From positions 2,144,001 through 2,208,000 of the forward strand of contig OZ243961.1 in the NCBI GenBank assembly GCA_965214605.1: a DNA stretch of 64,000 nucleotides. The letters are read 5' to 3'. Positions 47,954 through 57,746 of the stretch are shown here, piece by piece. Origin of the DNA: an uncultured Candidatus Binatia bacterium (lineage in GTDB: Bacteria; Desulfobacterota; Binatia; Bin18). Below the pieces are notes generated by a model, which did not search any database, was not told the DNA's origin, and was given only the letters and a program-made list of their open reading frames with translations. The translations under genes and the position numbers were made by a program. The stretch's first letter is position 1, and the number at the start of each line of letters is the position of its first letter.

Positions 47954-48948
47954 CAGGGCAGCTTTCGTAACAGGCTATGCCGCAGGCCAAGCTCAAGGCC
48001 GAGCAGCATCACGGCCGGGGCCACTAGCCAGGGGTAGAGTTCGTCATAGTCAAGGTAACGGGGGACGTCAAACTCGGAGCGTTCGAGCTGATCGATCGTC
48101 TGGTAGATGTCTTTGAGGCTCGCGGTGTCGGTCGCTCGGAAATACTGGCCCTCGGTCGTATCGGCAATCTGGCGTAAGGTCCGCTCGTCGATATCAACCT
48201 GGATAGGACGGTAGACGAGATTCCCAAAGGCATCTCGGGTCGGATACGGAGCCATACCCTGCGTACCGGCTCCGATGGTATAGACTTTGACGCCGAGCGC
48301 GCGAGCAGCTTCGGCCGCGGTCAGTGGAGAGATTTTCCCGGCGTTGTTCTGGCCATCGGTCAACAAAATAACCACCGCACTCTTAGCCGCCGAATGTTCG
48401 AGACGACCGATCGCGGCTGCCAGGGCCGAGCCGATCGCCGTGCCATCTTCAATCATACCGATCCGAGTCCGCTCAAGATTCTGCAATAGCCAGCCGTGGT
48501 CCAGAGTCAGCGGACACTGGGTATAGGGCCGGGCGCTGAACAAGACCAGGCCAATCCGGTCATCCGGGCGCTCGGTCACAAAATCCCTTACCACCGACTT
48601 GACTACGTCGAGTCGACTGGCGCGACGTCCCTCCAGACGAAAATCCTCAGATCGCATGCTCCCCGAGATGTCGACACTCAGCACGATATCGATTCCGGCC
48701 CCGACATGTCGACTCTCGGCTTTGCCGAGCTGGGGTCGGGCCAAGGCCAGGCTCAGCAGGACGAGCACCAGGCCACGCGTGACCGGCAATACCCAGCGCC
48801 AGCGCTGGCGGCTGCCCAGGGGCAGGCTACGGAGCAGGCCGAGACTCGGATAGCGAACGGCCGCTTGGTAGATTCCCCGGCGGCGCCAGGCAACGATGAG
48901 GGGGAGCAGGGCCAGCAGAACCAGGGCCCATGGATCATGGAAGCGCAT
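47953..48948 (-). CDS. batA: BatA-like VWA domain protein
   Basis: LARPQ, DISGSM, GTAIGSAL, LTDGQNN, YFRAT. Confidence 0.9.
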   Translation of the reverse strand: MRFHDPWALVLLALLPLIVAWRRRGIYQAAVRYPSLGLLRSLPLGSRQRWRWVLPVTRGLVLVLLSLALARPQLGKAESRHVGAGIDIVLSVDISGSMRSEDFRLEGRRASRLDVVKSVVRDFVTERPDDRIGLVLFSARPYTQCPLTLDHGWLLQNLERTRIGMIEDGTAIGSALAAAIGRLEHSAAKSAVVILLTDGQNNAGKISPLTAAEAARALGVKVYTIGAGTQGMAPYPTRDAFGNLVYRPIQVDIDERTLRQIADTTEGQYFRATDTASLKDIYQTIDQLERSEFDVPRYLDYDELYPWLVAPAVMLLGLELGLRHSLLRKLP

Positions 48949-50008
48949 CCGACGCCTCGGTCGCGGCTGCCACAGGGGGGTGAGCGGTCTGATCCTGCGG
49001 GTTTTGCTGATTTTGATAATCTTGGCGGGGGCGGGTCTCTTCGATAAAATGCCGGGCGGCCTGGTAGGCGGCTTCGCTTTCGTCTAACCCCGGACGGTGC
49101 CGGGCAAATTTCACCAAATCGGCCCGGGATAAAAACTCAGCCAACCGGCCCTGCTGCGCGGCGCTGAGTTGGCTGTCACGGGCGGCGGCAGACAGGAACT
49201 CTTCGCTTGTCATTTCTGGCGCTCGGATCCTGAAGCCATCTTCCAGGTACTCCCGCACAATGGCGGACAAGCTCACGTAATACATCTCAAACTGCTCCTT
49301 TTCAATCAAGCCCCGGGCACGTAATCGGCGCAGAGCTTCTAAAGCCACCTGATAGGCATCAGGAGCGGGCGAGGCTACTGCCGGGGAGGGACGCCTGAGA
49401 TAAAAAAACAGCCCGCCGCCGAATCCGGCCAGAACCAAGACAGCAAGCGCCACCAGTCCGTATGGTCGCCAATCAAAGGGCGGGACTTCTGGGGGCTTGA
49501 TATCCCGGATCGTCGTATTTTGGTCGGCTTGGGCCAGCAGACTCATAACCGTGATCAAGACATCATTGCCGTCAATCCGATGATACTGCTCCTGAGTGGA
49601 CTGCCGATAGCGGACTGTCGGACCGGGCAGCAGGTATTGGCCAGTCTGAAAAATAGTCAGCCGAAACCACCGACTCGTCACCACCCGGTCGACTTCGGTC
49701 CGGAGCGGCAGATCACCAAAATCAAGAACTGTAAAATCTCCCAGTTGCTTGCCCAGCAGCGGGATTTCGACCTCAACGCCGGCCGGAGCTGTCACGCTGA
49801 TAGTATAGTGGATACGATCACCAATCGTCACCTCGTCCCGATCGACGCTGGCGCTGACGGTCACGACTGGAACCTCAGCCTGCTCAGCCGCGGCCGGGCC
49901 AAGTACTGATCCCCAGACAGACAAGAGAAGCAGGCCGAACAAGAATACACGGTTACCCAAACGGAACCACGCCTCTTGCCTCCTGTCTTTCCACGGTCTC
50001 AGCTTCAC
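48935..50008 (-). CDS. Bat-operon conserved membrane-anchored protein
   Basis: IGD.I.Y, IRDIK, TM, LS.IVREYLE..F.I.APEMTS, ADLVKFA. Confidence 0.8.
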   Translation of the reverse strand: MKLRPWKDRRQEAWFRLGNRVFLFGLLLLSVWGSVLGPAAAEQAEVPVVTVSASVDRDEVTIGDRIHYTISVTAPAGVEVEIPLLGKQLGDFTVLDFGDLPLRTEVDRVVTSRWFRLTIFQTGQYLLPGPTVRYRQSTQEQYHRIDGNDVLITVMSLLAQADQNTTIRDIKPPEVPPFDWRPYGLVALAVLVLAGFGGGLFFYLRRPSPAVASPAPDAYQVALEALRRLRARGLIEKEQFEMYYVSLSAIVREYLEDGFRIRAPEMTSEEFLSAAARDSQLSAAQQGRLAEFLSRADLVKFARHRPGLDESEAAYQAARHFIEETRPRQDYQNQQNPQDQTAHPPVAAATEASDALP

Positions 50009-50021
50009 CTATCCCTCATCA

Positions 50022-50897
50022 CTAGTGGCGCTGCTCACGCAGACTAAAGAAGCGCAGCAGCGCCTCAACATACGGGCGGTCTGTGCGAACGGCGATCGTA
50101 TCAATATCCACACCACGCAGCAGATGGGCGCGTTGGCGTCTGGCTTCCTCAGCCCGCTGCTCAAACGCCTGACGGACGCGCTGACTCCCCGTATCAACCG
50201 TCAGCCGCTCACCGGTCTCGGCGTCCTGAAAGACCATCAGACCAACGTCCGGCAGCGCCCACTCGCGCGGATCGTCCAGCACCACCCCGATTACATCATG
50301 GCGGCGATTGGCGATCTTGAGCGCCGGACCGGCCCCGACGTCCAGAAAATCGGAAATCAAAAACACTATCCCACGCCTTTTGCTGACATGATTGAGGTGC
50401 TCAAGCGCGGCGGCAATATTCGTGCCCGTTTGTTGGGCCCGAAAAGATAAGACCTCACGAATGACGCGCAGGACATGGCGGGTGCCCTTCTTCGGCGCCA
50501 GGCTCAGCTCAACCCGGTCACTAAAAATTACCAGGCCAACCTTGTCATTATTGCTGATTGCCGAAAAGGCAAACAAGGCCGCCATCTCGGCCGCCATCTC
50601 ACTCTTGAGCTGAGAGACCGTACCAAACCGGGTCGAAGCGCTGGCATCGACCACAAGCATCACCGTCAGCTCGCGCTCTTCGATAAAGCGTTTGACGTGC
50701 GGTATCCCAGTCCGGGCGGTAACATTCCAGTCGATCGCCCGGATGTCATCGCCCGGTAGATAGTGGCGAACTTCGGAAAACTCCATGCCCTGGCCTTTAA
50801 ACGCGCTCTGGTACTGGCCAGCAAACAGATCGCTGACTAAGTGGCTCGTCCGCACATGGATCTTGCGAACGGTTTTGAGCTGTTCGGCACTCAGCAT
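50022..50897 (-). CDS. DUF58 domain protein
   Basis: GQGMEFSEVRHY.PGDDIRAIDWNVTAR, EERE, ISDF. Confidence 0.93.
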   Translation of the reverse strand: MLSAEQLKTVRKIHVRTSHLVSDLFAGQYQSAFKGQGMEFSEVRHYLPGDDIRAIDWNVTARTGIPHVKRFIEERELTVMLVVDASASTRFGTVSQLKSEMAAEMAALFAFSAISNNDKVGLVIFSDRVELSLAPKKGTRHVLRVIREVLSFRAQQTGTNIAAALEHLNHVSKRRGIVFLISDFLDVGAGPALKIANRRHDVIGVVLDDPREWALPDVGLMVFQDAETGERLTVDTGSQRVRQAFEQRAEEARRQRAHLLRGVDIDTIAVRTDRPYVEALLRFFSLREQRH

Positions 50898-50932
50898 GAC
50901 AGCCCTGTTCGATCTTCGCCCGCGTGTCTGTC

Positions 50933-51955
50933 CTAGGGCACGGGCACGCCGTCCAAAATGCGCTCTACAATGCGATCCGAGCTAATGTCTTCGGCCTCGG
51001 CCTCATAGGTCACAATTACTCGGTGGCGCAACACATCCGGGGCGAGCGATTTCACGTCTTGAGGGGTTACATAGCCACGCCCATTCAACAGGGCGTGGGC
51101 CTTGGCGGCAAGCGTCAGATACAGAGTCGCTCGTGGCGATGCGCCGTACTGAATGAAACGTTGCAAGTCGAGCTTATAGGCAGTCGGTTCCCGAGTGGCA
51201 AAGACCAGGTCAAGAATATAGTCCTTGATCTTGTTGTCGAGGTAGATGTGATCGACCAAACGCCGCAGCCGGATGACATCATCCATCTTGAGCACGGTCC
51301 GAGCGCCAGGATGGTCTGCGGTTGAGGCCATCAAATCCAGAATGTGGCGTTCTTCCTCTTTTGACGGATAGCTGACCCATACTTTCAACATAAAGCGATC
51401 GACCTGGGCCTCGGGCAACGGGTAGGTGCCTTCTTGTTCGATCGGATTTTGGGTCGCCAAGACCAGAAATGGCGTGGGCAGCGGGTAGGTTTCTTCACCG
51501 ATGGTCACCTGTCGTTCCTGCATAGCTTCGAGCAAGGCACTCTGCACCTTTGCTGGCGCGCGGTTGATTTCGTCGGCCAGCACAATATTGGCAAAAATGG
51601 GGCCTTTCTTAGTGGTAAAGCTACCGTCGCGCGGACTGTACACCAACGTCCCGATCAAATCGGCCGGCAGCAGATCTGGGGTGAATTGCAGCCGCTGGAA
51701 GCTGGCGCTCAAAGTCTGGGCCAGGGTCTTGACCGACAGGGTCTTGGCTAATCCCGGCACGCCTTCGAGCAGAACGTGGCCGTTAGCTAACAGCCCGATC
51801 AGAAGCCGATCGATAAGCACGTGTTGGCCAACGATTACCCGACCGATTTCTTCCCGCAAACGGGTGAGCGTGGGCGCTTGGGCATGCACCTGCTCGTTGA
51901 GTGCGGTAATGCCAACCGCCCCTTGTGTCTGTTCGACAGCCCGATCATCATCCAT
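50933..51955 (-). CDS. moxR: MoxR family AAA+ ATPase
   Basis: HVLLEGVPGLAKT, QFTPDLLPAD, DEINRAPAKVQSALLEAM, LPEAQVDRF. Confidence 0.95.
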   Translation of the reverse strand: MDDDRAVEQTQGAVGITALNEQVHAQAPTLTRLREEIGRVIVGQHVLIDRLLIGLLANGHVLLEGVPGLAKTLSVKTLAQTLSASFQRLQFTPDLLPADLIGTLVYSPRDGSFTTKKGPIFANIVLADEINRAPAKVQSALLEAMQERQVTIGEETYPLPTPFLVLATQNPIEQEGTYPLPEAQVDRFMLKVWVSYPSKEEERHILDLMASTADHPGARTVLKMDDVIRLRRLVDHIYLDNKIKDYILDLVFATREPTAYKLDLQRFIQYGASPRATLYLTLAAKAHALLNGRGYVTPQDVKSLAPDVLRHRVIVTYEAEAEDISSDRIVERILDGVPVP

Positions 51956-52236
51956 AGCGTGTGACGTTCCTCTGCTCACTGACCAGTCTTCGACCGTTCC
52001 ATGCCGCACCGCGCGGACGGAACCAACATGGAATTTCTGTATGTTCCGCCCTCATCCTCGGCCCTCCGCCCGCCCGTCTTGTGCCGGATAATGGACAGAA
52101 AAGTGTCCACGAGCAGGGGGCGCGACAGGCTTTTCAATAATGCCTGAACGACCGTATCTCAACCAAATTAAGGGATGTATGCCCATTCTTCAATCTCCTT
52201 GGTCACGAGGAGCCGCTCGCCTATGCGTTATCCGGC

Positions 52237-52286
52237 AAAGTGGCCCATCCTCTCTTTCTCTTGTGAGGGGCGGGATGAACCATTTT
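52237..52286 (+). repeat. Leader hairpin element copy 4
   Basis: AAAGTGGCCCATCC / GGATGAACCATTTT arms around a CT-rich loop. Confidence 0.55.
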
Positions 52287-52900
52287 GTCTTACTAGCCGC
52301 TCTGTGCTTGGGTTGGGTCCTGCTGGGGAACGTCTTTCCAGGCACAGGCGGCAAAGGTACAGATAAAACTCCTGTTCTTTTCCTAGTAAGATCGCTCCCT
52401 GGGCATGATCGGTTGTCGAGAGTGCTCAACAGGTAAAAGGCCCGCCCTCGTCAATATTTCGACCAAACACAAACCCGAGCCACGTTCTCAACGTCGGCGT
52501 CCGTTTCTCCCTCTCCCCCGCCCATTTGGCCTGGGCGCTCCGTTCGAAGCATCTCTTCGGCGGTTTGGTCCCAGATTGCCCGTCCCCAGGCGAACAACGC
52601 AGCGTGAGGTCTGGTCTTATTATCAGCCAGAACGGCTCTATCGCCACCAACAATCACGTCATCGACGGGACAGAGACCATCATCGTCCGTATGTCTGATG
52701 AGGAAGAGTATGAAGCCACAAAGATCGGGGCAGACGAATGAAGGATGATTCAAGTCGTCACCCCAGACCGGCAGAACCAAAGGCACCCTGGGTACCGAGG
52801 TGACACATAACAGTCCGGCCCACAGAGTGAGCCTAGAGCGGGGAGATATTATTATCGCCTCTCACGAGACCGAGATTGCCGCTTCGCGTGCACAGACCCC
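52275..52900 (+). pseudogene. Decayed DegP/HtrA serine protease
   Basis: Signal-like MNHFVLLAALCLG, PALVNIST, then SGLIISQNG.IATNNHVIDG...I.VR.SD..EYEA..IG.D; spread over several frames with stops. Confidence 0.8.
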
Positions 52901-53074
52901 GGTTGGCGGACAAAAGTCGGCGTCTTACGCTCTGAGTGAACTTAAGGACGAGCCGCAGACCCCAATAGCCACCTGCTGAGATTGGACGATGTCGCTCCCC
53001 CCGATCGGCCATAACCCAACAACTCTGGATCAGAACTTCCCGGTATTGTGTAGCATCGAACCGGATACGGAACT

Positions 53075-53188
53075 ACTGCAGAAACCCATTATCGACACAC
53101 TGCTCCTGTCGACGTGCTCCGTCTCAGCTTCCCGCCCGAGGGCAGCTTTCAACTGCAGAAACCCATTATCGACACACTGCTCCTGTCG
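53075..53188. repeat. 37-bp exact direct repeat pair separated by 40 bp
   Basis: ACTGCAGAAACCCATTATCGACACACTGCTCCTGTCG at 53075-53111 and 53152-53188. Confidence 0.9.
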
Positions 53189-54297
53189 TCACCGGCTCTC
53201 CCATAATCCCTCTCACTGTCACTGAGCACCATCTTGACCGTGCGCTCCGGTCAAACAGTTGCCACACTACTCCAAGTCCCTTGCCTTCTGCGCCGCAAGC
53301 GACGGACGTTCACTGCAACGAGCCATTGTTATAGTCCTATGAAGGACCACTCGCTACCCGGACCTCTTTTGCCCACCGGCGGAGAAACGTTCCTTTGTTT
53401 ACAGCTTTCGGCCCTGGTCCGCTCCATCAGACACCCAGCTGCTGACCCTGTTTATTAAGCTGCGACAAACCCTGTCGGGTGGACAATCGTAGAAAGAAAA
53501 CCGGCTCTGCCGCCGTCGCCATCTACGGGCTGGTGACCTCACCCGAACGGGGGGCAGAGCTTGAGCAAGTTCGGCGGGTATGACCGTTCAGTATGCTAGT
53601 GCTGTGCCGCAATCAGCGTGCCGCTCTCACCCTGCGGAAGCGCCTGAAGAACCTGCTAGGCTGGAAAGGGAAATTATCGTACAAACTTTCCACTGCTCGG
53701 CTCTCCGTCTGACCGGCATCAGCCTGAACCTCGATAACGGTATCCGAATTGCCGACGACCAGAGACAGGAGAAACTGCCCGGCGGATTCCAGCACATCCT
53801 GCCATAGGCAAATATTAGGACCTTGATCAACAGTGGTATAACAGAACCTCTCCCATTGTCGGTCGGCCTCCGAGTGATAGCGAAGAAAAACTCAGGGGTT
53901 TGGCAGCGGACGATGCTGACCCAGAGCATTGATGGTTTTTGTTAGGCTCATATCAAATACATTCGGCAGTTTGAGCAGAATTACCAGGCGAAACTCCACG
54001 AACCGCTACAAAACCACCGCTTGACCACCCTATCATCAACGGCCAACAGCCTGATCGTCTACAACCGGGGTCGGATGGAGACCGATCAGGAAATCGGCAT
54101 CGAATAACGCGCGGAAAGGTGCTGAACAGATTTGATGCGGTTGATAGAGACAAGGGCCAGATTCTTGCCTGCTGCAACATCCCCTCCCAGGCTCTGGCCG
54201 TGGGCCGGGAACTCCACCCAGCCGACACCGCTGTGGCCTGCTCTGGAGTGGAAGACTACGCCATTTTTCCCGCCGCGGTAAACGATGTGGCAGGTTT

Positions 54298-56595
54298 TCA
54301 CTCTACTTCTTCCTGACTTTTCTCCAGGATCACTTCGGAGGGCGGCTCGAGCGGCAGGACAATCCGCATCTCGGTAAAGGCCCCTTCCTCGGTGTCGAGA
54401 TGGATGGCCCCTCCGTGGCGGGTGAGGATATCCGTGGTCAGGGACAGGCCGAGCCCCGTACCCTCACCCGGCTTCTTGGTAGTCACGAAGGGTTCAAAGA
54501 TCTGCTCGCGCATCTTCTCTGGAATGCCAGGGCCGTTATCACGGATGTAGAACTCGGCGTGCTCTTCAAGACGACGGCTGGCGATACGTAACTCTGGCTC
54601 ATAGTCTCCGTTCGACTGCTGGCGTTTTTCTTCGATTGCCTGGTAGGCGTTGGTGGCTAGGTTGAGGAACACCCGACCGAGGTCCTGGGGAATGACAGCG
54701 AAGGTACCCATCTTGGGGTCAAGGTCCTCGGTCAGTGTCACATTGAAGTCTGTGTTGTGGGCCCGCATAGCATGGTAGGCGAGGTCAATGTATTGCTTGA
54801 GCAGGGCGTTCATATCAATCTCGCGCCACTCGCCCGGAGTAGCCCGAGAATGGTCGAGCATACTGCGCACGATGCCGTCGGCGCGCTGGCCGTGCTCTTT
54901 GACCTTCTGGAGGTTGAGTCGCAGGTCTGAGAGGATGGAGCTGATTTCTTCGGACAGGTCGAGCTGATCCTCTTTGGCTTCTTCCATCACCTCTTCAATC
55001 TCATCGATAAGTTCGACCGAAACATCCGAGAAGTTGTTGACAAAGTTGAGCGGGTTCTTGATTTCGTGGGCCACACCGGCGGTGAGCTGGCCGAGTGAGG
55101 CGAGCTTTTTCTCAGCGACGATTTGTTCCTGAGCATGCTTGAGGTTGTCCAGGGTCTGCTCCAGGGTGTGGTTTTTGGCGTCCAGCTCTTCGGCCAGCTT
55201 CTCAACAAGATTCAGCCGCTGCACCTCAAGTGCATAGCGGCGAAAGACTTCTAGCGCCTTGGCCATGTCGGTCACTTCGTCATTGCCCTTGACCTCGACT
55301 GGAACTTCCAGGTCGCCGCCGGCCATAGAGCGCATGGCCGCGGCCAGCCCGACGAGGCGGCGGACGAGGTGGCGGCCGACGAACAGCCAGCCAATGAGGA
55401 AAGCGCCGGTAATGCTCATGATGTTGAGGAGCACCAGGAGCAGCAGCCCAGTCTGGGCGGCAGATCGCGAGGCGCTGCTGGCGGTGATGGCATCATTGTT
55501 GATCCCTTCCACCAACTTATTCACTTCGGCCAGCAGCAGACCGGACGCGGTGCGGCCTTTCGCCAGCGCTTCCTGTTCCCGCTCCAGCCGCAGCAGGGCT
55601 TCACGGCGGAGCGGAATGATCCCTTCGTCGAATTCCCTAATCTGGCCGGGGCGTTTCGGGGAGCCCGCCCGCTTTGGGTCTATCTCATTGACCACCTCTT
55701 CAGATTCTCCGATCTGAGCGAGGCGTTCCAGGTCCCTGCCAAGAAGACTGTCTGGAGTGCGAGCCGACAGCCCCGCATAAGCGCGGCGGAAGTTCTGGAC
55801 AGCCCCGCGGAAGCGCTCCAGCAGGGGTGGAAGGAGCCCCCGGTCGGACAGGATGAAGGCTTCGTCCAGGAACAACACGGCCAAGTTGGCCTGATAGTTC
55901 ACCTCGATCAGGTCCCGATAGTAGGCCAGTTCGGCCCCGGAGGCCCGCTCACCGACCGGACTAGGTTGATCTGTCAGGCGGCGCATCCCCTCCACTAGGT
56001 AAAAACCCTGGTCGTCGAGGGCGGCCCCGAGATGGCGTTCAATGCGCCGGCTGGTTTCGGTGAGTTCTCCCTTGAGGCGCTCCAGGATATCGGCGATGAC
56101 AAGCCGACGGGCGGCCGACCCTTGGATCTCTTTCATGTGGACGCCAAGTTCGTTTAGATGCTCTTTGATCAGCCGGGTCCGCTCGCCGAAAGCAGAGCGG
56201 GATTCAAGCTCGTCGATAAGCGCGCCGAGAGCACTGCGCTCGCCGGCAACCGCATTGGCCACGGCCTCGTGCTGCTCGGGCGAAGAGGCAGAGATGAGGC
56301 GCAGTGCACCATTAACTACCGCGGCGCTCTGGCGAGCCGTGTCTATGGCACTGCTTAGATTGGGGATGCTGTAGTCGGCAAGCCGGGCTTCGTAGTAGAG
56401 GATCTGGCGGAAGGAAAAATAGGCCACCAAACTGGCAACCAGGGTGAGGAGGACACCACCTGTCAAGCCGATGTACAGTTGTGGACCAATTCCGATCCAG
56501 CGGTTCTTGTCTGGATCTGATCTGTCCACGGACATGACAGGCCGTGCTGCAAGTGAGCTGCTCGCACTAGCGATGGGACGGTTGGTGTTGCTCAC
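54298..56595 (-). CDS. Sensor histidine kinase (TorS-like periplasmic helical sensor, HAMP, HisKA, HATPase)
   Basis: Two TMs, GNDEVTDMAKAL, AGVAHEIKNPLNF, DNGPGIP, FEPF.TTK..G.GTGLGL. Confidence 0.93.
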   Translation of the reverse strand: MSNTNRPIASASSSLAARPVMSVDRSDPDKNRWIGIGPQLYIGLTGGVLLTLVASLVAYFSFRQILYYEARLADYSIPNLSSAIDTARQSAAVVNGALRLISASSPEQHEAVANAVAGERSALGALIDELESRSAFGERTRLIKEHLNELGVHMKEIQGSAARRLVIADILERLKGELTETSRRIERHLGAALDDQGFYLVEGMRRLTDQPSPVGERASGAELAYYRDLIEVNYQANLAVLFLDEAFILSDRGLLPPLLERFRGAVQNFRRAYAGLSARTPDSLLGRDLERLAQIGESEEVVNEIDPKRAGSPKRPGQIREFDEGIIPLRREALLRLEREQEALAKGRTASGLLLAEVNKLVEGINNDAITASSASRSAAQTGLLLLVLLNIMSITGAFLIGWLFVGRHLVRRLVGLAAAMRSMAGGDLEVPVEVKGNDEVTDMAKALEVFRRYALEVQRLNLVEKLAEELDAKNHTLEQTLDNLKHAQEQIVAEKKLASLGQLTAGVAHEIKNPLNFVNNFSDVSVELIDEIEEVMEEAKEDQLDLSEEISSILSDLRLNLQKVKEHGQRADGIVRSMLDHSRATPGEWREIDMNALLKQYIDLAYHAMRAHNTDFNVTLTEDLDPKMGTFAVIPQDLGRVFLNLATNAYQAIEEKRQQSNGDYEPELRIASRRLEEHAEFYIRDNGPGIPEKMREQIFEPFVTTKKPGEGTGLGLSLTTDILTRHGGAIHLDTEEGAFTEMRIVLPLEPPSEVILEKSQEEVE

Positions 56596-57743
56596 CGTGG
56601 CACCATTCTGCGCACCGGCCGAAAATCTCCCCCTTCGTCGATGACCGTTAGGTAGACTCGATCGGAACCCTGGTTGTCGGTCGGGCCGTAACGCAGGGGA
56701 AAGCCGCCGAGGTCGATGGTCTCAGCTTCTTGCAGAGCCTGTAGAAATCGCTCCCTTGTTGGCTTCAGTCCGGCTAGACGGAGCCCCTCTATCACTAGGC
56801 GGCCAGCCAGATAGCCTTCCAGCGACACAAAACCCGGCACACTCTCAGGGTCCAGGGCGGCCAGGGACTGCCGATATTCCGTCACCACAGAAAGGCGGTC
56901 GTCGGTGGGAAAAGGAACGACCTGGGTGACGTACACTCCGGCCCCGTCAGGGCCGAGTTCCTTGGCTAGGGCCGAACTGCCGACAAAGGAGATGTTAACG
57001 AAGTAAGGGTTGAATTGAATCCGTTGCGCCCAGCGAATCAGGACCGCTGCCGGCTTGTAGGCCCCGATAATGACAACGGCCTCGGGATGGGAGCGGCGCA
57101 GGTCAAGCAGGGCGATCTTCACCGCCTCGGTGTTACGCCGATAGTCCGCCTCAGCAATAATGGGCAGACGGCGACGGGCGAGGGCGCGGCGTAACCCGGC
57201 CAGTCCGGCACGTCCATAGGAGTCGTTCTGGTACAGAATGCCGATACGTTGGACGCCCAGGTCCTCAGTGAGGCGTGCCACTATCTCTTCGGTTTCCTGG
57301 TAGTACGAGGCCCGTACGTTGATCACGTTCGGGTGCAGCCAGGCGTCGCGCAGAAACTCAGCCCCGGTAAAGGGGGCGATGTAGGGTACCCCTGCCTCGT
57401 TGGCGATGGGCTGGGCGGCCGTGGAGGTGGGGGTGCCGACAGCACCAACGAGGGCGAAGACGCCGCGTTTGTCGATGAGCTCACGAGTGTTGGCGATAGC
57501 CGCCTCGGGTTCATAGGCATCGTCCAAGGACTCAAGGATAAGACGTTGCCCGTGTACCCCACCCTGTTGATTGATCCATTCAAAGGCCGCTAGTAGGCCG
57601 AGGCGTATCCCCTGCCCGAGTTCGCGCGCCGGCCCACTCAGGGCGGCGGACTGGCCGAAGACGATCTGTCCCTCTGCCCGAGTCTCCGCTGACGCCACCG
57701 CGAGCAGGGTCGTGAGGAGCAGCGCTGTGCGAAAAAGGGCCAT
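56592..57743 (-). CDS. Periplasmic binding protein type 1 (branched-chain amino-acid-binding family)
   Basis: GQSAALSGPA, DDAYEP, VGTPT, NVRASY, YQNDSYG. Confidence 0.92.
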   Translation of the reverse strand: MALFRTALLLTTLLAVASAETRAEGQIVFGQSAALSGPARELGQGIRLGLLAAFEWINQQGGVHGQRLILESLDDAYEPEAAIANTRELIDKRGVFALVGAVGTPTSTAAQPIANEAGVPYIAPFTGAEFLRDAWLHPNVINVRASYYQETEEIVARLTEDLGVQRIGILYQNDSYGRAGLAGLRRALARRRLPIIAEADYRRNTEAVKIALLDLRRSHPEAVVIIGAYKPAAVLIRWAQRIQFNPYFVNISFVGSSALAKELGPDGAGVYVTQVVPFPTDDRLSVVTEYRQSLAALDPESVPGFVSLEGYLAGRLVIEGLRLAGLKPTRERFLQALQEAETIDLGGFPLRYGPTDNQGSDRVYLTVIDEGGDFRPVRRMVPR

Positions 57744-57746
57744 GTC

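Noticed and set aside
53930-53950. GTTAGGC/GCCTAAC as an integron attC core
   Set aside because: No partner site or attC-like hairpin is visible nearby, and there is no integrase.
54086-54301. 71-aa ORF overlapping the kinase stop (GTGA)
   Set aside because: No recognisable motif; the surrounding 53.2-54.3 kb gives only weak short ORFs.
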